A stretch of 64,000 nt of DNA from Eutreptiella sp. 'Long Island Sound 2002' (taxonomy: Eukaryota; Protista; Euglenida): contig OZ038378.1 in assembly GCA_964036045.1 (NCBI GenBank), positions 146,196,001 through 146,260,000 on the forward strand. Direction: 5' to 3'. Shown one piece after another: positions 38,583 to 49,013 of this stretch. Numbering within the stretch: position 1 is the first letter of the stretch; every line of letters begins with the position of its first letter. Under the pieces are notes generated by a model. It made no database searches. It was given only the letters and a program-made list of their open reading frames with translations, and had not been told where the DNA came from. The translations under genes and the position numbers were made by a program.

Positions 38583-39480
38583 CGCGCGAAATGGGAAAAA
38601 ATCAGAACTCCGTCGTGGTGCTTCAGATTCGGGTGAAATTTTGGTGCATGATACCTATGGGTGTGAAGTACAATCACACAAAGTTTGAGCAAGAAACTCA
38701 ACGGTGGCAGCCGGGAACGGGATTCGCAAGTGGCGGACCTCAGTTTCAAAAACTGCAGTTTAGGGCCAAAAACAGCCATTTTTGGGCCAAAAAAGCCCCG
38801 GAACACATTCAAAACGGCCAAACAAAGGGAAAGTTCGGGTACACTCCACGTGCGGCTTGACTTTCCCGTGCCAACGAGCCCTTTGCGGCCCTCTAACTCC
38901 ATGATATGTCCCGGAAACGGCCCAAAAAGGCCCCCAGAAGCTCAAATGCCGACAGCCACAAACCAAGAATAGGCCATATCTTTGGCTACATGGCTCAAAA
39001 TGTGATTCCGAGGGCACCTAGTCCACCCGCAACCCCCCACTTTTTGTGGTTTCCACCCCTCGAATTTGCCCAAACAGACGCCTAGACCCCAATACCTAGG
39101 CCCACTAGGCTGCGGCAAGCTGCAAGCTCAAGCCCAACCAAGTGGGTGCCCAAATGGGTCAACAGGGTCCACTAGGGGCAAAAAGATGACTTTTCTCAAA
39201 AATGATCCTAGACCATGTCCGACGCTAAAACAAGTGTTTTTGGACCGTTTTGAGCTTGTGGTGGTGCATTTTGGTCCTCCGAAAATCCCAAAATGCCTTG
39301 AAAATGGGCTGTTTTGGGACCACAAAAACGCATTTTTCCAAACCTCATCCTAGACCATTCGGGGTGCACAAACGGGTGAAATGAGCCCATTTTGAGCCCA
39401 TTTTGGGCCATTTTGGCCCCTCAAGAGTCCAAAAAGCCTTGAAAGTGGGCCTTGTGGTGATGGGGTTCACTTGCAAGCTG
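38581..39480. repeat. Non-coding interspersed repeat; related fragments at about 23950-24200 and 46670-46860
   Basis: AT-rich segment with A/T runs and recurring CCCATTTT / GGCC...AAAA motifs shared with the other loci; no coherent ORF. Confidence 0.4.
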
Positions 39481-39868
39481 ATTTCACTTTGTCAGGAGCC
39501 ATCAATGTGTGAAGCATTCTTGATGTCCCTCATCAGTCATAGCTGATGTTCCCTCCCCCACCAGCTCGGTCCCAATATTCAGTCTTGATTAGGGTTGCAT
39601 AAGCCCTGCCGTCTCCAGGGAATGGGATCGAAAGTGGAGAGATGATGTGGCTGATGGGGACCAAATCATCCCTCCAGCACCTTCGGCGCCCGTGCACCTT
39701 TGGGTGCCTTCGCTGTCTGTGGACTCTGCAAGCCAGTACCTTCAGCAACCAACTGTGGCGGGAGGTCCCCCTGAGGGAGGGTGAGGGGGGGCGTCCAGTA
39801 CCGGTGGAGCCCCCCCATGCAATGACACCCATGTTTGTGGTACAACTGAGACCCCCCACACACTTCAC

Positions 39869-39871
<3 letters not shown>

Positions 39872-39915
<44 letters not shown>

Positions 39916-39951
39916 CCAACAACCCAACGACAACGACAAAATCACACGAGT

Positions 39952-39990
<39 letters not shown>

Positions 39991-40342
39991 GCTTGTAAAA
40001 CACGAACAGTGGACGCACTTGTTGATATGATGCCTCTGGCAACTTCAGACCCTACAGCGCCTGCTGTAGCGCAGCGTAGGGCATCTGATACATACACACA
40101 CAACGCACAGGACACAAGCAGCGACTGGTGCTCAGAGCTCACTGCAACCTGGGTTCAACCAAGCCATCCCTCTCCATCAGCGAGCACCTTGGTGTGACGT
40201 CTCACTGACATCGCTAACTTCTTGGAGGGGTAAGCCGCTGCACCAAGGGTCCAGTCGCTCAGTACACGCAGCACAGAGGCACAAGCAGTACTATGCAGCA
40301 GTACACAGCACACCTGTAACACACCGTAACCGGTATATTGAC

Positions 40343-40412
<70 letters not shown>
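39872..40412. repeat. Cluster of three (CA)n microsatellites (about 39872-39911, 39953-39989, 40344-40412)
   Basis: Seen directly. Confidence 0.95.
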
Positions 40413-40417
<5 letters not shown>

Positions 40418-40549
40418 GTCCGTAAACTCAATGCAGTTCCCTCCCCGTCACATCAGCCATTCAGAGTTCAGCGCGCAGCAACAAACGAGCCACAGAACTA
40501 CACAATTTCAAACACACACATTCTCCAGCCCAGATTGGTCCTGAAAATC

Positions 40550-41650
40550 CTCGATCCTACGCCCAGGAGCCTGTGCACGCCTTGCTTGCAATATGCTGGC
40601 GCATGGATGCTGAGGAAGACGAAAAGCCCTGTGTGGCCCCCATCAAATACCATATGACCTGCATGGCTGCACAGATCCCATCCGTACAGAAGTGGCCGCA
40701 AGCCCCGGTGCAGCAAAGTAGGGGCAATGCAGCAGACAATCGTGCAAGAGCTTCTCGGGCTCACTGGGGGCCATGTTGGGATGGAGTTGTTCTTGCAGAT
40801 GCCTGGCAAATGTGTGTGTGAGGATGCAGCAGCAACATTCATGTCTGAACCAAAGCACATCAGGTGGGTACCCCCTGAGCAGAGGCCGTGGGGGGGGTGT
40901 TCGTTGGAAACAACGAGGAGGGGGCAGGGGGTCTGTGCAGAGCGTTGGCAGTTTGCGCCCAGTCTTGTGTTGTGGGGGAGGCCATTTGTGGGGCCGCCGA
41001 AGCCCGACAAAATAGGTGCACACGCAAGCACAGGCTCCCCCCAAAAAGCCGATGCTTGGCAACGTTTTCTCGCCAAATGCGTGGGCCATGCATACGGAGG
41101 CAAATTGAACAGGCTGGTGTGGTCTGCATTGAGGGCACCCAACCCTGGACCTGACGGCCAAGTCAAAAAGGAGAGCACAGCACCTCAGCCACAGTTTGCT
41201 TGAGCTGCCTTTAGCACTTGAATTGGGAGCCATGGACAGGGCACCGGAGGAATTACCTTTTCTCACGGGCTGGCCCAATGTGGAGGCGTGGCAGGCACCA
41301 TGCGCACCTTGTCAGGCAGACATGGAGGATGGGGGTGTTCATGCACAGCCCATTTGGATGGGAAATGCTTGTCAGGGGAACCGTTGGCAGACGCCAAAAT
41401 GTGGCACAGAGAACGTTGATCTGCGTACCAGAGGCGAAATTTCTCGTTCTCTCCCCCATTGGCTGTTTCCAAACACCCCCGTGTCATGTGGCCGGGGACA
41501 ACTAAGGACCCCATCCGGTTGCACGAACCTCAATGTCTTCGGACGCTCGTCTCGTGCTATGGCAGAACTTGAGATGCCACGCTGCTTCACTATCTTAGCA
41601 GTGCCCCTCCCTCGCCCATGATCCCTCGATCCACCTGGCACACTCCACCG
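40550..41650 (+). pseudogene. Possible highly decayed non-LTR retrotransposon coding remnant
   Basis: Several overlapping Trp/Cys-containing frames with protein-like stretches (e.g. WQRFLAKCVGHAYGGKLNRLVWSALR), but no intact diagnostic motif. Confidence 0.25.
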
Positions 41651-42359
41651 GCGATGAGGCCCCGGGCGCTTGGGTGGTGACGCGCAGCACAACAGCGCAC
41701 GGGGGCGTGGGGTGGGGCGTTCACTGTATTTGGCTGAAACCCCCATGCGCCACAGAGTTTGGCGGGCGACACTTTGGCAACCGTTTGGTGCACCACCGAT
41801 GCCGAGTGAGCACAACCATCGCCCCTGTTCCTCTGGCTCGTGCAGATTGTTCTCCAGCGCCCAGTAGTCCTGGGACAGGGGGGCCCTCCGCATCAAACAC
41901 AACCTCCAACCTCTCACCATCCACCAAATGCCCCAGCCCACCCGAAATGGCAACTCAGGTTTGCCTGCGGGCTCTGGGAGGCCCCCAAACACCAGAATCA
42001 AGTGCGCCGACCGTGGTGCATCTTTTGGTGCCCCCCAATCAATCCATGAGACCTACTCTGGACATTGAAACGCGTCTTTTCGGGACGGGACCCCTTGTCA
42101 ATGCCCCACCCGCAGCGGGGCCTTGTTTCACAGCCCCATCAAAAGGGTCCTGGAGAACTTACAGCCCCCGGCAGAACGGTCCTCTAGCAGCCCCTTAGCG
42201 CCCAATGTATTGTTGACCAGTCGCTCCCAACATCCACTTCATGCCCCTGTGGCTGCTCAACACAACTCCGGGTCAAAATACCTTCGGCGCCGCTCCCCTT
42301 GCTTTTGCAGGCAGCCCCTGATCCTTCTCCTCCGCACACACCTTGGCAACGACACGCGA

Positions 42360-42595
42360 TCACTGGTATGCGCTGTGCAGGAGGTGCACCAGCTCGTCCT
42401 TCTCGATCACCCCCTCGTAGCTGATGCCACGCTGCTGCAGTCGCTCCTTCAGCTCCCTCACAGGCATTGCACTGATCTCCTCGTGAGTGGGCGGTGGCGG
42501 GGCCTCCGCCTCCTGCAGTGAGGCCAAGATGGCTTGCTGCATCAGTGCATCGTCGTCCATGTGGGCCCCGGGTGGTCCCATACTCACATTGAAGC
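42360..42595 (-). CDS. RING-H2 E3 ubiquitin ligase, last exon (UIM plus HeH/SAP-like domain)
   Basis: DDDALMQQAILASLQE fits the UIM consensus. EISAMPVRELKERLQQRGISYEGVIEKDELVHLL fits the RNF34/RFFL-type HeH pattern. Acceptor CATCAG|GC, stop TGA at 42362-42360. Confidence 0.85.
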
Positions 42596-43008
42596 CTGAT
42601 GGACAGCAATTCCACATATGCGTGCCCATTTCAGAGGGAACGTCTGTACGGCAACACACACGACAGACCCAGTGACGACTTTTCTCGTGGCTTTGTGTGG
42701 TACTTTTGTGTGGAAGTATGACTTTAGGGATCCAAAGGGCGAACCAGCAAGGGCAATGGGGGGGGGGGGGAGGATGGCTTTCCTGGGCTTGTCAGGGGGC
42801 CATGCAGGGGCCAGGGGGCAGGGACGGGAATGGGAACGGGGATGGAAAAGGGGAATGGAACTTTGCACTTGTGGGAGGGCCACCCCGGGGGCACAGGCAA
42901 CGCAGACGGCTACGCCCGTGACCCTGACGTACGAACAGCCCCTTGCTGCCCAACAATCCAGAGTAGGTTCCCCTTGGAGGGAGGCAATGTGCACCTTTGC
43001 ATGCGAGC

Positions 43009-43823
43009 GAGCAACGCAGGAGACTTCAAGAGTGAAAGTGGCATATGTTCAACTGTCACTCTCTCCATTGTTGTCCGGAGTTCCGCTGTGCCAGTCATGA
43101 TGCCACAGGGATGATCCTCTCTTTGTACACGAGTCTAGCTCACCCCCCCCCCCCATACACGGGCCGGCTGGTCAGCTGCCGGGTTCCCTGTGGGCGGGGT
43201 CGGTGGGTACCCCAACATACATGCCTCAAAATGATCCCCATGACGTGCGGATCCTTTTAAACATTTACAAATGGGGTAAATTTGTTTTTCAATTGCCCGC
43301 TCAGCCTCCCATCAGCCAAGGTCTGACTGGGAGGTTGGGTCGGGGGTCAAAAAGTTTTTTTTGTGTTTTTCATCCATTTTTGAATTCTCCACAAAATTCG
43401 GAGTGATTTGAGGGAAAACAGATCAGGTAAACCGAAAAAAATTCCCCCTCGGGTGGCCCAAAAAAAAAAAAATTCCGGCGCCTTTGGTGCCAACAGTTGT
43501 CCCCAAAATAAACATAAAACAAGGGGGCTGGCACAGAAGGCGGCTGTCCCAACGCCCCGCCCCCCCCGCAAAGCAATTTTCGGGTCGCCCGCCCCCCCCA
43601 CCCCTCGCTTGCAATCCCAACCCACCGACCCCGCCCACAGGGAACCCGGCAGCTGACCAGCCGACCCGTGTATGGGGGGGGGGGGGGGGTGAGCTAGACT
43701 CGTGTACAAAGAGAGGATCATCCCTGTGGCATCATGACTGGCACAGCGGAACTCCGGACAACAATGGAGAGAGTGACAGTTGAACATATGCCACTTTCAC
43801 TCTTGAAGTCTCCTGCGTTGCTC
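43009..43823. repeat. Foldback structure: ~200-bp near-perfect inverted arms (43009-43208 and 43620-43823) around a ~410-bp spacer
   Basis: The arms are reverse complements except for one substitution and G/C-run length. Lies inside the last intron of the RING gene. Confidence 0.95.
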
Positions 43824-44321
43824 CCCTTTTGTCAGGCCGGGTCCCCTCCAAGGGGGGGGGGGGGGGGGCAGTCATGAAGTGACGGTTCTCCCCCTGGAGG
43901 GGGGGGGGGATTGCACCACAAAACTGTACCATAGTATCACAGTGTAAATCTTTGGCGCCGGGGGGGGGGGGGCGTCAAATTGTATGCCTCTCTGGACCGC
44001 ATTGTCGGTGCCCCAGCCACTGCCCTCCGTGAGAACAACCCCAAGGGCCTTGACAAAGAAAACTGGCGCCCGGGTGGCCCAAAGGGGGAGGGGGTTCGCG
44101 TGCACCGACCGGGCCCGGGACCCCCCCCCCCTCCCCCGTTGGATCGGACACGGACAGCAGCGGTGATTAGACCGGGGCAGCCACTCCACGAGGGCAGTGA
44201 TTCCGCACGGACAGTGAGTGCACAACAGCGGTCGTCAAGGGCACCGACGGGACAGCCCCCGCGGTCGCACGGCGGCGGCGGGGGGGCGGTGACCAGGGCC
44301 CGGGCGGCGGGGCAACGACAC

Positions 44322-44603
44322 CTGGCGGCATCCCCGAACAGCCCCGGGAACGCCCCCTGGAACGGCGGGGGCTGGGGGCGCGTGCGGCTGGGGGGCGGCG
44401 GCCGCGGCGGCGGCGGCGGCCTCGGCCGCTTTGGCCGCGCCCTCCGCGTCCGGGTCGAACTCGTGGCGGCAGGTGGGGCACGTGTTGTGCTCCCGGAGCC
44501 ACGGGAGGATGCAGTCGCGGTGGAAGATGTGCTCGCAGGGCAGCGGGATGGCGCGCTCCCCGGCGCCGAACTCCTCCATGCAGACGGCGCAGGACTTGCA
44601 GAC
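44322..44603 (-). CDS. RING-H2 E3 ubiquitin ligase, RING exon
   Basis: CAVCMEEFGAGERAIPLPCEHIFHRDCILPWLREHNTCPTC is a canonical C3H2C3 RING-H2. Acceptor CCGCAG|GTC, donor CCAG|GTGTCG. The reading frame is ambiguous in the last ~70 nt. Confidence 0.93.
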
Positions 44604-46156
44604 CTGCGGACGGGGGGACCACGGCGCGCACCACCGCACGCCACCGTTCGGATTGCGTTCCCCCGGGGGAAGGTCCGGAGTTCCCCCTCCGCTTGGCTCT
44701 CCGGCACAGCGCACCCTCCTTTTCCCGCCCCCGTCTCATCGGCCGGCGTACCCACCCACCCTCGTCCCATGGCCCCGCAGGGCACCGTCCGTCACCCTCT
44801 CAGTGCCCGGCTGTCATGGACGCCCACAAGCGTTGGTGTCCACGCGGTCCTTCTGTGCCCGTGAGGGTCTCGCGGCCGCGGCAGCGGAGGGACTTGGGCG
44901 CCGACCTCCGCGGTCTGACCCCCCCCGGACACCGTCGGGGGGGTCCACTCCCCCCGCGCACAAGGGCCTCTGTGTTTTGGTGCTGCCCGAAAAAAAAACA
45001 GACCTCCGACACCCAAGCGTCGTACTCAAGAAGTGGGTGGGGGCGTTATTAAGTTACGGAGGCTCAAAAGCATCAAAAACGCGCTCTCCCCACATCAAAT
45101 GGGCAGGCACCGCACTTACCCATATCAGACTTTGACACACTTCATTTGGGGGGGGGGGGGGGTAATGGGTCCTCAAAATGTGAAGCAATTCCTCCCCCCG
45201 CCCATTCCAGTGCCCACTGAAGGGGGCACTGGAGGAGCCCCCTTCAACGGCGCTGTTTGAGTTGGGAGGCTTGCCACAAAGGGCTGAACAAGTGTGCCGG
45301 TTGGTACTTCCGGGCGTATGTGCGTGTGCGCCTTTTGAGGAGGGCATCCTCCAAAGGCGTGGAGAGGGGGGCTGGTTGGTTGGGGGGTGGCCGGCGGGGG
45401 GGGGGGGGGAGGGGCTCAGAATACAGCTACGGTACCAACTTGCTGCGTTATGTGTTACTCATGTGCGTGTTGTGTCCAGGACATGATGCGCACCAAAACA
45501 AGCAGCGGGGGCAAACGTGGGTGCACCCTGTGAGACCTGCCTGTGCATGACTCTGGTGGGAACATGTGCACACGTCCTGTTCCTTCTCTCCTCCAGCGCC
45601 CCCTCCCGTGGGAGCCGCAGGCCAACCCAAAACGCAGGACACGCACGTGCCGTGTCGAATGTTTCCCATTTGTCCTGACACCCCGAGCCCCTGTACCCAA
45701 GCTACACAACATGTATGAGCGTGTTGATTTTGGGCAACAAAACTATTTCGGTGCCGTCAGAGGCCAACATTTTTGGGGTCTTCTGTTTTTGGCTAAACTT
45801 TGGGGGGGGGGGAGGGGGGGGGGCGCAACCAACATTCACACTGCATCAGTTCAATGTTTGATGGGATATGCTATGAACAAATCTAGATGAGGCATATACT
45901 TCATCTTTCACAAATGCACATATCTACAATCAAACTGCATAATGCAACCTCAAGAAGAAGCAATATATCGGCAAGTGATGCCTGCATTCTACGCACTGTG
46001 TGTCCTGCCAGCCTCGGTCACCGTAATCAAGCACTCCTTTGGCTCTCGGTTGCCGTGGTTGTCCTAGTGTGTTCTATGTGTGTTCATTGGCGGCTGTGGC
46101 TGGGGAAAAGGGGGGGGGGGCTTGGCACAAGGTAGAACAAAAAGAGCAGGAAGGAC

Positions 46157-46409
46157 CTGCAGATCCGACGGCGTCAACTCGCGCTCAGACGATGCGAGCT
46201 CCTCAAGGACCGTCTTTTTGGTGGGAGGAGGTCCCGGAGGAGTGTAGGCGTCAAAGAAGCGGTTGATCAGAACGTCATCGCCCCCACCGCCGTGCGGCGC
46301 CAACTGCATCATCAGCTCCATGAAGCCCGGCTGCTGCAGAAGGGTCCGGAACTGGGGGAATAGCTGGAAAATGGGGTGCTGGGAGACTTCATCCTCGAAG
46401 GACTGCATC
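46157..46409 (-). CDS. RING-H2 E3 ubiquitin ligase, first identified exon (STI1/XPC-binding-like helix plus pre-RING PPP motif)
   Basis: MQSFEDEVSQHPIFQLFPQFRTLLQQPGFMELMMQL...GPPPTKKTVLEEL...DLQ. Acceptor TGCAG|GATG, donor CTGCAG|GTCC (phase 0). PPPTKKTVLEEL matches the PPPASKxAIExL motif that precedes RNF126/RNF181-type RING-H2 domains. Confidence 0.8.
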
Positions 46410-48650
46410 CTGCACCCGATGGACTGGTGTACAAAAGATGTGCACTCGTGGGAGGGCGCCGGGCGGTGTCAGGGCAGCACAACAAGCAGGAGGGGCCAAG
46501 TGATCAGGAGTGCACCACCACATGTGCGCCATGTCCGCATTCTGTAGCACCAGAGATGCCGTGGACTGATGCCGTCAGACCAGTTTTTCTTCCTTTCTTC
46601 TTTTTTCCGGATATGGTTGGGGACCACCCGGGATGGGCAGAATGGCATTGGTGGGCCGTCACTATACGCAGTTGGTTCCTTTGTGTACTAGCAAAACATC
46701 CCAATGCCTTCAACAAGGCCCATTTTGGCATTGAAAATGGGTTAAAAGCGGGTGAAAACTGACGAACGTTCTCAACACTGAAAATGGTGGACCATGAGGA
46801 CGCAAATTGACTTTATTTTTCAAAAGTCCAGAAACACACTTCAATGGACCATTGATATTGGGGAATGGTGCACTGTGCCTGTGCTAGGGTAGGGTTACTC
46901 GGGGTCACCAAGGGCCGAAGAATTGGTCAAAAACGAATTTTTCCAGTGATCAGGGACCACCGAGGATGATACAATATCCTCCTTGTCACGAATTGAAATG
47001 CTTGACAATGGGAGCGAGGCGTTCATTCGGTGGCCCACTCCACCTGCACCAAATCTTGCTGGTGTCCACTGACGGTCTCTTTGTCTTGGGATGCTTACTC
47101 CTCTTCTGCAAATGTCAGCGTGGCCCATTGTCTATTGAAGGTTTACAAAAAAGAGACCATTAAAACCTTGTTTCACACCTAAGGCGTTCCATTCAAGAGT
47201 TGAAGCCTGTTGACGACAAGACAACATTGAAAGTGTACAAGAAGTATCACACAAACTGATTAGGACAATAATGATTTTTTTACATCAGAAAAGCACAGTA
47301 ACAAGATCCCACACGCGGCGTATTTCTCGGCAACTGTTGTAGCTAAACACCCAAATTTCATACGCCACAGAATTGTGTACACCAGTAGTTCCACTGCTTC
47401 AAAATTCTTTAACACATCAGACTACCTTGAGCTGTAAAAACAACACGGTGCTTGAAGGTGGCATGCACAGTACACATGTGAAGAAAATGGTAGTGTGATT
47501 GTTGACTTGCCACAAAGCTGACAGAAAGAAAGAGGAGCGCCTGTAGCACAGCACTGAGCTCCATTTCCATTGGTGTTCCACCATAGTAGACGCGTAATGT
47601 AGTACCCTTTCCCCCCCCCTTGCAAAATCCCGGGTTAGCGCGCGACGGTCTCCCGGGTGGGGGGGGGAGACGGTCGCCAAGTGACGGTCTCCTGGGGGGG
47701 GGGGGATTGCAAGGGTAGGCCCCACAACAATGGCCAACACATGTGCACCAAGTGTGCGTGAGTGGTACCGTACATGGTCACCGGGAGAAAACATCTTGGG
47801 TCTGAAGTAGCAACACAACACACCCATACAACGCCTTTGGAGAGAGAATATCACAGAACACACACAGGTGCTTGATTTGTAGTAATGGGAAAGCAATGCA
47901 AGGCCATGCGTAAAGCAGATGGGCAACACAAACCAGCACAATACATGTTAACTAGAAAAACATGGAAGTGACGGTCTCCCGGGTGGGGGGGGGGGGGAGT
48001 TTGCAAGGGGGGGGGTAGGGTAGTGTAATGTACAGTAGTACCATTCCGTAAACTACGGTAGAACGGCATCACTAACTAGCTCCAACTCAGTGGCCTCTTT
48101 GTCCATGAAAAGTAGCCATTGATGTCTTTGGTACCATTTGCCCTAGTGTACAAGACAGCAACACGCTACCCTACCGGCGATGGTGCCCAGTGCTGCTCTA
48201 TGGTCATGCCTGCTTCTTTCAAAATTTGAACGACACTCCTTGGGAAAGCTTCTGCAACAACATCTCATGCCACCATTATGCAGACATGATGATGCGACTT
48301 TCCCAGAGGAACACCAAATGCAGCACCTGATTACAGTTCTGATCCTGACACCAGCACCAATTCTGAACCGGAGCTCCGCAATTCTGATGACCCATCTTCT
48401 GCCTCGCATTCCGGGGAGGGTGCTGAAATGCAGATTGGGTGGGCCAACACGGCCTGTGGCATTTGGGGCCTTGGCCGCCATGGTTTTGAGGGCAGGGTTG
48501 ACTTGAAGCAAGAGACAGCCTTGTCCCAAAGAACAGGAAGCCCAAACCCTTTGCCCACCACTACTGTGTTTTGCAGGCCCAGCGACGCCGATACCTGGGT
48601 GCTTGCCTGACCAGGTGTTTGGGCACTCCAACCAATGCCAGTCTAGACTA

Positions 48651-49013
48651 CCCCCCCCCCTTTGTATAAGCTACGGCAAAGTACCAAATGAATACGGTCC
48701 CTACGCCTACTGTAGCTTGGACAAGGCCGTAGATACCCAGGTTCAAAAAGAGAAGATTGCATGATGAGCTGGTGCAAGAAATGGGAATATAATGCACTAA
48801 TATCCCCAAAAGCAGAGCTATGTGGCTTCAATTGGGCAAACACTCACAACAAATGTGTCCATGACCCTATGTAGCTGGCAAATTTGTCACCAAATCCATG
48901 TCTCATGTCGCTGCACGAACTTGTACTGAATCAAATTAGGTACCAAATTAATATGGTCCCTACGCCTGCTGTAGCTTGGACAAGGGCGTAGCTTAAACAA
49001 GAGGGGGGGGGGG
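48651..49013. mobile_element. Small MITE-like element with ~25-bp imperfect terminal inverted repeats and internal 52-bp direct repeats
   Basis: Left end C10-TTTGTATAAGCTAC, right end GTAGCTTAAACAAGAG-G run. Direct repeats at 48681-48732 and 48940-48991. Confidence 0.55.
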
